In this document: positions 9,926-19,467 of the stretch, in pieces | Position numbering within the stretch: position 1 is the stretch's first letter | How the letters are laid out: each line of letters begins with the position of its first letter | Assembly (NCBI GenBank): GCA_035647835.1 | Contig: DASRMS010000183.1 | Coordinates: 10,100-74,099, forward strand | Length of the DNA: 64,000 nt | From: Oscillospiraceae bacterium | GTDB lineage: Bacteria > Bacillota > Dethiobacteria > Dethiobacterales > Dethiobacteraceae | Direction: 5' to 3' | Notes under the pieces: model-generated | What the model saw: only the letters and a program-made list of their open reading frames with translations | What the model was told of the DNA's origin: nothing | The model's database searches: none | Position numbers and translations under genes: made by a program

Positions 9926-10069
9926 ACACAAATGTTATTATAGTATATTCTACAGAGGATTGCAAGTGTGACATTGTGGTATTTTTAAGCGGGTTAATCC
10001 CTCTTTCTTCTGTTATTTGCTGGGGAGATATCGTTTGCGAGTTATAATAATTGTCTATTGGCTTTTATT

Positions 10070-10085
10070 CTTACAAGATCGTAAG
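10070..10085. promoter_or_regulatory. palindrome CTTAC-N6-GTAAG upstream of the regulator/kinase genes (candidate response-regulator site)
   Basis: cttacaagatcgtaag lies about 70 nt upstream of the regulator start. The same half-sites and spacing recur at 11795-11814. Confidence 0.35.
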
Positions 10086-10156
10086 TCTACTATCTACTGC
10101 TGAAATTATTTATTGTGATATACTGGAAGGGAATTTTAGTATATGAGGTATTAACA

Positions 10157-10825
10157 ATGGAGACTAAATTACTACTTGTTGAGGATGATCTTTTTTTGCA
10201 GGATGGCTTGTGTGAACTGCTGCAACGTGAAGGCTACAGTGTTAATTGTGCCGCCACCTACAAAGAAGCGCTGTATTTTGCAGCGAAGCATACCTACAGC
10301 CTAATTATTTTAGATATCACGCTGCCTGATGGCAGCGGGCTTGAGCTGTGCGAACAGTGGCGGCTGCATGGTAAAGATACACCTATCCTCTTTTTAACGG
10401 CGCGAGATGATGAGATTCAAATTGTGCGGGGATTGGATGCCGGTGGTGATGACTATGTGACAAAACCCTTCCGCCTTTTAGAACTGCTCTCCCGCATCCG
10501 AGCACTTTTGAGAAGAAATCATCCTTCATTCTACCAGATTGGTGAACTGCAGATTGATATGCAAAAAATGAGTGCCCTCTATAAAGGTGAACCTTTGTAT
10601 CTAACGCCAACTGAATTTCAACTTTTAGCGGTCTTAATTCGCAACTCCGGTAAAGTGCTGACACGCAAAATATTACTGCAAACTATCTGGGATGATGGCG
10701 GACATTTTATTGATGATAATACCCTCTCTGTACATATCAGCCGTCTGCGTGAAAAAATCGGCAGTTCCTATATTCGCACGGTTCGCGGTATCGGTTATCG
10801 ATGGGAGGACAAGCCATGCAGCTAA
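10157..10825 (+). CDS. OmpR/PhoB-family response regulator
   Basis: Receiver domain (LLLVEDD ... LDITLPDGSG) plus a winged-helix C-terminus (TVRGIGYRW). I prefer the ATG at 10157 (METKLLLVEDD). Confidence 0.9.
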   Translation: METKLLLVEDDLFLQDGLCELLQREGYSVNCAATYKEALYFAAKHTYSLIILDITLPDGSGLELCEQWRLHGKDTPILFLTARDDEIQIVRGLDAGGDDYVTKPFRLLELLSRIRALLRRNHPSFYQIGELQIDMQKMSALYKGEPLYLTPTEFQLLAVLIRNSGKVLTRKILLQTIWDDGGHFIDDNTLSVHISRLREKIGSSYIRTVRGIGYRWEDKPCS

Positions 10826-11796
10826 TTTCATTATTGTCGGGGATATTGGCTGCTCTGGGAGCAGCTATCTTTTTTTACAGCAGCAGCCTTATTAAATGGG
10901 GAGGGCTGGGTGTACTGATGCTAAGCATGGGCGCCTTGTGTCTTTCTGTTTCTGTGCAAAGACGGCAAGAAAAAGAGGTTACTAGACTACACAGGCAAAT
11001 CATGGATTTTCTCACAAGTCAGGATAAAATACCTAACTTTAGTGTCAACGACGATTTGTTTGCAGTATTGGAGAACTCCGTTGTAGAGTTGGAAAACAAA
11101 CTTTTATTAGAGCATGACAATACCCGCAAAACAAGCAAACGTAATGCAGATTTCATTACAGATGTTTCACACCAGCTCAAAACACCACTGACAGCATTAA
11201 AATTGTATTGTGAGATGGATCAAACTCAGAATTTTGGCACACACAGCCAAAAACAACTGGTACTGATTGAACGAATGGAGCATTTAATCTATTCTCTGCT
11301 GCGTTTAGAAAAGCTGCGTGCCGATGTCTATGAGTTGCAATTTGCCAAGCACGACTTATCTCAGCTATTGGAGCAAGTCTGGGATGAATTAAGGCTATTG
11401 TATCCAAAGAAAAAAATAAATATCGTTGGTACAGCCACATTGCGCTGCGATGCTTACTGGCTAAATGAGGCAATGATGAACGTTCTGAAAAATGCTTGCG
11501 AACACACAGCTACTGATGGGCAAATTCAGGTTTTGTTAGAGACTACAGAAGCAGCTGTAACAGTGAGCATAGAGGATAATGGTGGAGGCATCGCGGCAGC
11601 AGAGCTGCCCAAGTTGTTTCAGCGTTTTTACCGTACAGCTCAAACTAAGGCCAGCGGTGGCGCGGGGATTGGCTTGGCTATTACCAAAACAATTGTGGAA
11701 AAGCATCATGGCACGATCTATGCGGAAAACATGGGACCCGGCTTGCGTATGACGATGTGTTTTCCCATCTTGGACGGCGTCTTGGCGGCTGGTTAG
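10816..11796 (+). CDS. intramembrane-sensing histidine kinase (BceS-like architecture)
   Basis: Two N-terminal TM segments are separated by only about 8 residues, so there is no extracytoplasmic domain. H-box SHQLKTPLT, with N and G boxes (NACEHT, DNGGGI, GGAGIGLAI). The start ATG at 10816 overlaps the regulator stop. Confidence 0.85.
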   Translation: MQLISLLSGILAALGAAIFFYSSSLIKWGGLGVLMLSMGALCLSVSVQRRQEKEVTRLHRQIMDFLTSQDKIPNFSVNDDLFAVLENSVVELENKLLLEHDNTRKTSKRNADFITDVSHQLKTPLTALKLYCEMDQTQNFGTHSQKQLVLIERMEHLIYSLLRLEKLRADVYELQFAKHDLSQLLEQVWDELRLLYPKKKINIVGTATLRCDAYWLNEAMMNVLKNACEHTATDGQIQVLLETTEAAVTVSIEDNGGGIAAAELPKLFQRFYRTAQTKASGGAGIGLAITKTIVEKHHGTIYAENMGPGLRMTMCFPILDGVLAAG

Positions 11797-11814
11797 CTTA
11801 CAGAAACGTAAGCT
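11795..11814. promoter_or_regulatory. palindrome AGCTTAC-N6-GTAAGCT between the kinase and ABC genes (candidate response-regulator site)
   Basis: agcttacagaaacgtaagct. No U-tract follows, so it is unlikely to be a terminator. It shares the CTTAC-N6-GTAAG core with 10070-10085. Confidence 0.35.
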
Positions 11815-11870
11815 TGGCGTCACGGCAAAGCAAGGTACAACTGGTAGCATAAGGTCAAGGGGGTAATAGT

Positions 11871-12557
11871 ATGCAAATATTACAATGCCAGAATCTCTGT
11901 AAAGACTACGCCATTGGCGAAAACAAAGTACATGCCATACGCGACATTTCCCTTGCCTTTGAACAGGGAGAGATTTGTGCAATCCGGGGGCCGAGCGGCT
12001 CGGGAAAATCAACCTTGCTGCATATTTTAGGAGGATTAGAGTATCCCACCTCCGGCAAGGTTCATTATCAAAACGAGGAACTTTTTGCTTATAATGATAA
12101 TCAGCTTTCCATTTTACGACGCCGGCGCTTTGGCTTTGTTTTTCAAGCTTACAATTTAGTACAGGAGCTGACAGCGTCTGAAAACATTTTATTACCTGTG
12201 ATGCTGGATAAAAAAATGCCTGATGAAAAATATCTTGCCATGCTAATCGAACTGTTAAAACTTGACGATAGGCTGGATCACCTCCCCAGCGCCCTTTCTG
12301 GTGGTCAGCAGCAGCGGGTGGCCATAGCTCGGGCCTTAGCTAATAAACCCTCTGTCCTTTTTGCGGACGAACCAACCGGTAATCTAGACGGAAAAACGGG
12401 GCGTGAAGTCCTCTCACTGTTGAAATACGCCAGTAAAGAAATGGGCGTCACCCTGATTATGGTGACACATGATCTTCATATTGCCGAACAGGCCGAACGT
12501 ATCATCTTACTGGAAGATGGGCTTATCACACAAGATAGCGGTCAGCGGGAGGCTTAG
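11871..12557 (+). CDS. ABC transporter ATP-binding protein (MacB/FtsE/BceA-type)
   Basis: Walker A GPSGSGKST, signature LSGGQQQRVAIARAL, Walker B LFADEPTGNLD. Confidence 0.9.
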   Translation: MQILQCQNLCKDYAIGENKVHAIRDISLAFEQGEICAIRGPSGSGKSTLLHILGGLEYPTSGKVHYQNEELFAYNDNQLSILRRRRFGFVFQAYNLVQELTASENILLPVMLDKKMPDEKYLAMLIELLKLDDRLDHLPSALSGGQQQRVAIARALANKPSVLFADEPTGNLDGKTGREVLSLLKYASKEMGVTLIMVTHDLHIAEQAERIILLEDGLITQDSGQREA

Positions 12558-12560
12558 CAG

Positions 12561-15362
12561 ATGAAGTCTACATTTTCGCTTAATGCTATTGCTTTCGGTA
12601 ATCTTCGGCAGCGACGCGGGCAGTACGTGCTGCTGGTGATCGGTATTGTCCTAGCTATCTACTTTGTCGCCACCATGCTGCTATTTGCCTCGACCATGTT
12701 TATTTCATTACAAGAGCGGCAGTTTCAGCGTTTGGGAGAACAGGACGCGATTATCTTTAATACACGGGAGACACCATTGTCTGAGCTGACAGAAAGAGGC
12801 GTTTTTGCTGAATATGGGGTAGCTGCCATTCAGGGCTATGTGCTCCCAGATGGACAAAACTCTGCTAATGGTTTTTCGGTGGCAGTTTTTGATGATGTTG
12901 CGCTGCAGCTAGCACGCAAAGATGTTCTTCAGGGCAGACTACCTGTTCAGGCAGGGGAAATCGCACTGGAGCAAAGTATGCTGGCTCGTTTACGTACAAC
13001 TGCAGCTGTGGGAGACACCATCACGCTGACGCTCCAAATTCCGGATAGCGTCAGCTTTATGCCTGAAACAATTATCAAAGACTATAAGTTAGTAGGCATC
13101 TTAACAGATAAACTGGTTTACCTGGAGCAAAGAGGAGCCTCTCTGCCCGCTTACTATGACTACCCTGCCGGGGTACTGTCAGCCGCTGAGCCGCTTACAG
13201 TCGGCGGCAAAGAGGTGGTGAATGTCTACGGACGTTATCTGCCTGACGCCCGTGAGTCTTATACAAAAATGGATACTTTTTGTGCAGAGATGGGACTACT
13301 TGGGAAAGATGGCCGTCCCCCTTACGATATTATGCATTATCAGCTGTTTGACAGCAGCTATAACAACAGCGACATCGTAACAACCTATGTGATTTTGATC
13401 ATCATTGCCATAGTTTTAGTAGCGGCAGCGTGTTTGGGAATCATAAATGCCTTTGCCGCCAATCTGGAAGCTCGTAAGCGACAAATTGGCCTGCTGCGGG
13501 CAGTCGGCGCCACTAAAAAGCAAATTAGGCAAATCTTTGGCAAAGAAGCTTTGCTTTTATCCCTGTTTTCCATTCCGCTAGCCCTGGTGCTCGCCTACCT
13601 AACAGTGTGGGGAATCACTACAGCGATGGGTGATAGTTTCCTCTTGCGACCCAATTTACTTATCTTAATTAGCGTTGCAGCTGCCGGCATGTTGTGCGTA
13701 AAGCTCGCTGCAGCTATCCCGCTCAATACTGCGTCCCAAGTACCACCGATGCAGGCCATTCGCAATGTAGAATTATCTCGCAAAATTAAGATAAGCAAAG
13801 TCGCCAGTAAAAAGAGCTTTGCTGTGCCCCATTTACTAGCACAACGCAGTCACACACTTTATAGTAATAAGCAAGCTGCTATCACAGCCATGTTAGCGGT
13901 CAGTATCCTGCTGATCTCGCTGGCAGTTTTGTATGTACCATCTATCCTGGAGCAGGCAACCTTTAACTATGGCAGTGATTTTCTTCTCTTAGACTACAGA
14001 TACGACGACGATTGGCTGATGGCATACAATTTTCATACTCCCGGCATCACTGAGCAAGACAGGCAGGACACTGCCGCACTCCCAACAGTAGCAAAAGTAA
14101 CAGGAGAAAAAAAGCTTAGTGTAAAGATCTTAAGCAATACCATTACGCCATATGTGACCAATCTATGGGAGTTTGAGTACCTACTTGCAGAGCCACGGCA
14201 TGAAGATAATAGTGAGTACGCAGAAGCGTCACGCGTGTTCAAAGCCTTACAGCATCAAAGTTACCTTAACAGCAAGGAAAAGTATGGCTATATGCAGGAT
14301 TATCTTACGGTAAGCTGTTACGCAACAGAGGCAGATGTCGTACAAAGGCTGACCCCATATGTAGCGTCAGGTAGGATTAACTTGGACAAACTAGCCTCCG
14401 GTGAAGAAATTTTGCTAATAGCACCACCTGAGTATGGTTTGTATGAAGAACAGTATAATGATGGCGGCTGGACTCGCCGCTTGGATTACATCCCTGATCC
14501 TGACGTAGATTATCAGGGCATCTATCAAAACGATATGTTTCAAGCAGGGGATTCGCTTAGCATCAGCCTTTTATATAGTGATATATCCGAACAGCAGCAT
14601 GCCGATGGACCACAACAGTACAATAAAGATGGCACACGCCAACTGCCGGAGGACGCAGTACGAGTGGACAAAACAGTTTCCATTGGTGCCATTCTTCAGC
14701 CTCTTGTCGATGGGAAGTATCTTGACAGCAACTTTAGCTTCATGCACACAGAAATTGGCGATATCCTGACAACAACTACTGGCCTGCAGGCTCTCGGCTT
14801 TGATGTTCCCTATGCCAGCCTGAATATCATGCTGGCTGCCAGCCCAGATGAAGTAATGGAAGAATATCTTACAGCAAACCTCTCCGGCATTGCCGCACGC
14901 ACTTCTGGAGCAGAATTTAAGTCGTATATCGCCATTGCCAGAGAAAATAGAAAAATGGCTTATGGTATTGTAATTGCCGTCTATGCAGTGCTGTTTCTCT
15001 TCTTTGCCATATGCACCAGTATGATTAACAATGCCCTCTCAGCTCGCATCCGAGCAAGCAAGCGTGAAATCGGCACTATGCGGGCAGTTGGGGCGTCAGA
15101 GCAAGAAATTATGCTCACTTATCAGTGGCAGTTGAGTGTAATGTTTTGCTGGGGCACAATTATCGGTATGGTGGCACAGCTGGTAGTATGCACTTGGATA
15201 CTATCGATAGACCCACTCTGGGGCCGAGTCCGCCCTACCCCTCCAGTTTGGCAGCCGCTCTTGTTTGTGGCACTGCTGCTGGGAATCTGCTCTCTTAGTG
15301 TTCGTGCTAAAGTAGGCAGTATCGTCAAAGACAGTATTATTGCCAACATTCGTGAGTTGTGA
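12561..15362 (+). CDS. large FtsX-family ABC permease with tandem 4-TM plus extracytoplasmic-domain repeats
   Basis: 933 aa. Hydropathy read by eye gives TM1 at about residues 21-50, a large loop, TM2-4 at about 275-390, TM5 at about 440-465, a second large loop, then TM6-8 at about 797-915. Confidence 0.75.
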   Translation: MKSTFSLNAIAFGNLRQRRGQYVLLVIGIVLAIYFVATMLLFASTMFISLQERQFQRLGEQDAIIFNTRETPLSELTERGVFAEYGVAAIQGYVLPDGQNSANGFSVAVFDDVALQLARKDVLQGRLPVQAGEIALEQSMLARLRTTAAVGDTITLTLQIPDSVSFMPETIIKDYKLVGILTDKLVYLEQRGASLPAYYDYPAGVLSAAEPLTVGGKEVVNVYGRYLPDARESYTKMDTFCAEMGLLGKDGRPPYDIMHYQLFDSSYNNSDIVTTYVILIIIAIVLVAAACLGIINAFAANLEARKRQIGLLRAVGATKKQIRQIFGKEALLLSLFSIPLALVLAYLTVWGITTAMGDSFLLRPNLLILISVAAAGMLCVKLAAAIPLNTASQVPPMQAIRNVELSRKIKISKVASKKSFAVPHLLAQRSHTLYSNKQAAITAMLAVSILLISLAVLYVPSILEQATFNYGSDFLLLDYRYDDDWLMAYNFHTPGITEQDRQDTAALPTVAKVTGEKKLSVKILSNTITPYVTNLWEFEYLLAEPRHEDNSEYAEASRVFKALQHQSYLNSKEKYGYMQDYLTVSCYATEADVVQRLTPYVASGRINLDKLASGEEILLIAPPEYGLYEEQYNDGGWTRRLDYIPDPDVDYQGIYQNDMFQAGDSLSISLLYSDISEQQHADGPQQYNKDGTRQLPEDAVRVDKTVSIGAILQPLVDGKYLDSNFSFMHTEIGDILTTTTGLQALGFDVPYASLNIMLAASPDEVMEEYLTANLSGIAARTSGAEFKSYIAIARENRKMAYGIVIAVYAVLFLFFAICTSMINNALSARIRASKREIGTMRAVGASEQEIMLTYQWQLSVMFCWGTIIGMVAQLVVCTWILSIDPLWGRVRPTPPVWQPLLFVALLLGICSLSVRAKVGSIVKDSIIANIREL

Positions 15363-15373
15363 GGAGGAGCGAG

Positions 15374-16774
15374 ATGAAAAAAAATCTATTTTTGCTGGTC
15401 TTTGTCCTATTTATATGTACAGCACCTCTCGTCTCTGCAGAAGAAACAACGGATCTGAAAAATGATAACCTAACACCCGCAATCGGAGCTGCGGGCCCGG
15501 CTTTATCAATTGATAGTGTGCATAAGTATGAGGGGATGGGAAAAAGTTACGCTGAAGGTTATCTGCCTGCTGTCAGTGAAAACAAAGCAATGGTGGTGCT
15601 TCCGCTATTAGCACCAGAAGTAAGAGATAACCTGACAGTTACAGTAAATTTGGGTACGCCCGCGGATACTCCTTTTGTGTTTAAGAATTATCAGAAACAG
15701 TTTACTAGCCAGAGTTATGTTTTTGAGGAGCAAGAGGTGGATTGCTTTTTAATTCAGTTTGCCCTCCCCCTGTCGGCTGAACGCCTCAATGGGACTTACC
15801 CCTTAATCCTAACGGTAAAGGGTAACACAGCGGACGGAGAAGCCTTTGCCGAAGATTTTACGCTGTACCTTACGATAACCGACGGCATCAACCCTCTGGC
15901 ACCAACACCTGAGCCAGCGCCAGCTCCCTCCTCTCAGCCCAAATTGATGGTAGAAAGCTTTGCTTTGTCGCAGGACTATCTAGCAGCAGGGGAGCAAGCT
16001 AAATTAAAGGTTACTTTACGCAACACCAGCAGCTCACAGTCGGTAAAAAATATCAAACTCTCTTTTACCGAAAACAGCGGCGAAATCTTGCCTGTGGCTA
16101 CAGGTGCCAAGTACTGTAAGCAGATCTCCAAAGGCAGTACTTATACTTGGAATTTCGAGGTGTCGGCCACAACCACAGCTCAGTCAAAACCTCATCCGGC
16201 TACAATTACCATGGAATACGAAGACAATCGCGGCAATGCTGTGAGCGGTGCCGATCAGATCATTATCCAAGTCCGTCAGCCTGTACGTTTAGAATATGAA
16301 GAACCAACGCTGCCAACGCGGGTAACACAGGGGGACACACCATCTTTTAGCATGACACTGATGAATCTTGGCAAAAGCACCATCTTTAATGCGCTGCTCA
16401 AGTTTGAGCTGCCGGGATTAAGCAGTGGCGGCAGTGTGCTGGTAGGGACCATTCCTCCCGGGGAAACGGCGGTAGGTCGCGCCAACTTTCGTCTCGATAC
16501 GGATGCACTAGGAGACGTATCAGGAAAGCTCTGCTTATCTTATGAGGATGAATACGGTGAACACTATGAAAGTGAGATACCTCTTGCCACTACCATTGAA
16601 AAGAGACTAGAGCTTGCCGCACCTGCCGATAAGAAGGAAACTGCTTCTAGCAGTTTTCCCTGGACAATCGCCATAGTTAGCGGCTGCATTGTTCTGATCG
16701 CCCTGCTCTCCATCTTCGGCTCCCGCTGGCTGCAGCAAAAAAGAGCTCGTGCAGAGGATGAAATGAGGCTGTAA
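15374..16774 (+). CDS. secreted, C-terminally membrane-anchored protein with repeated beta-sandwich (CARDB/COG1361-like) regions
   Basis: Signal peptide MKKNLFLLVFVLFICTAPLVSAEE, Pro-rich linker PTPEPAPAPSSQP and C-terminal TM WTIAIVSGCIVLIALLSIFG. GAGGAGG precedes the ATG at 15374. The ORF-track GTG at 15359 overlaps the permease stop. Confidence 0.5.
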   Translation: MKKNLFLLVFVLFICTAPLVSAEETTDLKNDNLTPAIGAAGPALSIDSVHKYEGMGKSYAEGYLPAVSENKAMVVLPLLAPEVRDNLTVTVNLGTPADTPFVFKNYQKQFTSQSYVFEEQEVDCFLIQFALPLSAERLNGTYPLILTVKGNTADGEAFAEDFTLYLTITDGINPLAPTPEPAPAPSSQPKLMVESFALSQDYLAAGEQAKLKVTLRNTSSSQSVKNIKLSFTENSGEILPVATGAKYCKQISKGSTYTWNFEVSATTTAQSKPHPATITMEYEDNRGNAVSGADQIIIQVRQPVRLEYEEPTLPTRVTQGDTPSFSMTLMNLGKSTIFNALLKFELPGLSSGGSVLVGTIPPGETAVGRANFRLDTDALGDVSGKLCLSYEDEYGEHYESEIPLATTIEKRLELAAPADKKETASSSFPWTIAIVSGCIVLIALLSIFGSRWLQQKRARAEDEMRL

Positions 16775-16790
16775 CTACCCGCTGTTAAGC

Positions 16791-16836
16791 ACAACCCCCT
16801 ACCGCTATGCACTGTGGTAGGGGGTTGTAGTTTTTT
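16791..16836 (+). terminator. intrinsic terminator of the ABC module
   Basis: 13-bp stem acaaccccctacc / ggtagggggttgt followed by T6. Confidence 0.8.
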
Positions 16837-16934
16837 AATCAAATATGCGACAGTTGCTGATGAATAACCGTTGCCCGCTTTCCATGTTAGGCAAGAAAAC
16901 TATTGCAAAGCGCGCGACAAAGAACCGTCCCTTG

Positions 16935-17459
16935 TCACGCCTTACGGTGTTGGTTGGTTAGCCAAAAGGAGAGAACTAATAAGAAAACGGCTGTTAATAC
17001 CCCAACCATATCAATGCAGACATCTACATAGTTGCCGTGGCGGCCCATGACAAAACCTTGATGGAACTCATCTAAAATGGCAAAGATGGTACCACCAAGG
17101 AAGGAACTTACGATGGCTTGCCAAGGTTGGCGGAAGTAGTTGCGCAGCAGCAAAAAAAATGCTAAGGTTATGACAAAAAAGAAAAAGACATGGGCGGCTT
17201 TTCGCAACAGAAACTCAATAATCACGGGATTTCTTCTGGCATAGTTAAGGAAGTCTGCAGTTAAAGTTTTGGCCGGTGCCAGCTGTGTTGGTAGATGGGT
17301 GGCAATTTTAATGGCAAGTTTTGAAATGGTTAAATCAAAGTATTTTAAGAGGTTATTGATTTGGCGCAAGACAGGCAGCACACGCAGACTAGGGATGGAA
17401 GATAAATAATAAAGTGTGCCCACTGCGGTCAGTAGAACAAACCAATTTCTTTTACGCAT
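16935..17459 (-). CDS. VanZ-like family membrane protein
   Basis: 174 aa, 4-5 TM segments, with the DEFHQ motif typical of VanZ-like proteins. Confidence 0.6.
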   Translation of the reverse strand: MRKRNWFVLLTAVGTLYYLSSIPSLRVLPVLRQINNLLKYFDLTISKLAIKIATHLPTQLAPAKTLTADFLNYARRNPVIIEFLLRKAAHVFFFFVITLAFFLLLRNYFRQPWQAIVSSFLGGTIFAILDEFHQGFVMGRHGNYVDVCIDMVGVLTAVFLLVLSFWLTNQHRKA

Positions 17460-17598
17460 AGTTAAGAGCTCCCTTAAACGTTTTATATATGATTCGACAT
17501 TTACCTGTTAAGTCCTTGTTGGGAGCTTCACCCGCCTCACCAGTCCCGCTGCCTATGCCCCTGTTAAGTATCAAAAGCGTGACAAGGAAATTTGGCAA

Positions 17599-17628
17599 TA
17601 AAAAATGCGTGGTAACCACGCATTTTTT
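17599..17628. terminator. bidirectional intrinsic terminator (serves spoIVA)
   Basis: Stem atgcgtgg / ccacgcat flanked by an A-run and a T-run. Confidence 0.7.
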
Positions 17629-17631
17629 GGG

Positions 17632-19110
17632 TTAAAGGATGATGGCGATAAGACCGCCGTTTCCTTCGTTGATTATTTTTTCTAGCGTTTCTTGCAGCTT
17701 TTCTTGAGCGTTAGGTGGCATGTTATCCAGTTTGATGCTGATGCCATCTTGTACTACTGAGTATAATGATTTGCCGAAAATGTCAGACTCCCAGATTTTT
17801 TCTGGGCTTTCTTCAAACTCATCCATAATGTAGTTAACTAGCTCTTCGCTTTGCTTTTCTGTGCCGACTATCGGTGAAAATTCGGATTTCACATCTACAC
17901 GTACGACATGCAGTGAAGGTGCGCTAGCACGGAGCCGAACACCAAACCGACCGCCTGAACGGACAATTTCCGGTTCTTCCAGTGTCATCTCTTCAAGCAT
18001 CGGAGGTACGATACCGTAGCCTGTTTCACGAACTTGTTCCAAAGCACCGGCAATTTTATCGTATTCGCGTTTAGCTGCCACACTATCTTTAAGAATTCTC
18101 AACAGATCTGCTTGGTCATCAATATCAATGCCGCAGATTTCTGAAAGGATTTGTTCAAAGAGCTCTTCTGAAGCTTGAATGTCAATAACTGCTCTACCAG
18201 TACCGAGATCCATTTCTTTAAGTACAATATTTTCTACGATATCTTTGGTACTAAGTGTTTCTACCATGCCATCGACATCACGGAGACGGGTTACTTCAAT
18301 GACACTTTCTCGTATAATGTCGTTGTAGTTGTTACGTAACCAGTGTTCATCCTCCAGTACTTCCACCCAGCTGGGAAGATTAATGTTAACTTCACGCACG
18401 GGGAATTCATACAGTACTTCTTGGAAGATAACATTAATATCTTCTTCTACTAGCTGTTGAGCATTAAAGGAGATCACCGGCACATCATGTCTATCTGTTA
18501 ACTCTTCCTTTAAAGCTAGTGCTTCCTGGGAGTACGGACGAGCTGAATTGAGCAGAATGACAAAGGGTTTGCCCAACTCTTTTAATTCGGCGATGACGCG
18601 TTCTTCGGCATCAATATAATCTGTACGGGGAATGTCAGCAATGGAGCCATCTGTAGTCACGACAATACCGATGGTGGAGTGATCAGTAATGACTTTTCTG
18701 GTTCCTACTTCTGCCGCTTCCTCAAAGGGAATGTCATAATCAAACCATGGTGTAGTTACCATCCTGGGGGCACCATCATCGTCATAACCTACCGCACCCG
18801 GCACAGCGTAACCGACGCAATCAACTAAACGTACGCGCATGGTAATATTGTCGCGCACTTTAATCTCTATGGCTTCATCCGGAATAAATTTCGGTTCTGT
18901 CGTCATAATGGTGCGGCCAGCGCTGCTTTGTGGCAGTTCATCACGGGCGCGTTCCTGATCTGCAGGCTCTGCAATATTAGGAATGACAACTAGTTCCATA
19001 AACTTTTTTATAAAAGTTGACTTGCCGGTCCGAACAGGTCCGACAACGCCCAGGTAAATGTCTCCACCAGTTCTTTCAACAATGTGTTGAATCAGGTCAA
19101 ATTTAACCAT
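17632..19110 (-). CDS. spoIVA: stage IV sporulation protein A
   Basis: 492 aa. N-terminal Walker A GPVRTGKSTFIKKFM and full-length resemblance to SpoIVA. The spoIVA-gpsA-der synteny matches Bacillus. Confidence 0.95.
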   Translation of the reverse strand: MVKFDLIQHIVERTGGDIYLGVVGPVRTGKSTFIKKFMELVVIPNIAEPADQERARDELPQSSAGRTIMTTEPKFIPDEAIEIKVRDNITMRVRLVDCVGYAVPGAVGYDDDGAPRMVTTPWFDYDIPFEEAAEVGTRKVITDHSTIGIVVTTDGSIADIPRTDYIDAEERVIAELKELGKPFVILLNSARPYSQEALALKEELTDRHDVPVISFNAQQLVEEDINVIFQEVLYEFPVREVNINLPSWVEVLEDEHWLRNNYNDIIRESVIEVTRLRDVDGMVETLSTKDIVENIVLKEMDLGTGRAVIDIQASEELFEQILSEICGIDIDDQADLLRILKDSVAAKREYDKIAGALEQVRETGYGIVPPMLEEMTLEEPEIVRSGGRFGVRLRASAPSLHVVRVDVKSEFSPIVGTEKQSEELVNYIMDEFEESPEKIWESDIFGKSLYSVVQDGISIKLDNMPPNAQEKLQETLEKIINEGNGGLIAIIL

Positions 19111-19435
19111 ATTTTCTCCCTCCTTTTTTCAAGCCTAACCAAAACACTAACGGTATCCCTCCCCTGTGAACTTTTAAAGTGATAAGTTATCACAACAAAA
19201 TAAAAAATTGCAGTTTAACATTATATTTATATGAGCACGTACACCGAATATTACTTTTGCGGAGGGAAATTACGGTAAAATAAATAAAAAAGCTTGCACT
19301 TTTTCCATATATCTGCTTGCAAGCTATTATTTACTGGTTTGATTAGCATGGAAAGCATAAATAAGTCAGCGCTTTCGGTTGCAGATTGTAAGCTTTTTAT
19401 CTTAGCCGCGGGCGGAACAGAGATAAATTCTCTGC

Positions 19436-19464
19436 AGTAAAAAAAACACTCCATGTTGGAGTGT
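19436..19464 (-). terminator. intrinsic terminator after gpsA
   Basis: Stem acactcc / ggagtgt; the A8 run on the plus strand is a U-run on the minus transcript. Confidence 0.65.
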
Positions 19465-19467
19465 ATG

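Noticed and set aside
19111-19260. Sigma-E type promoter upstream of spoIVA
   Set aside because: One is expected from Bacillus biology. However, I could not find a convincing match to the -35 ATATT / -10 CATACA-T consensus by eye, so I do not annotate it.
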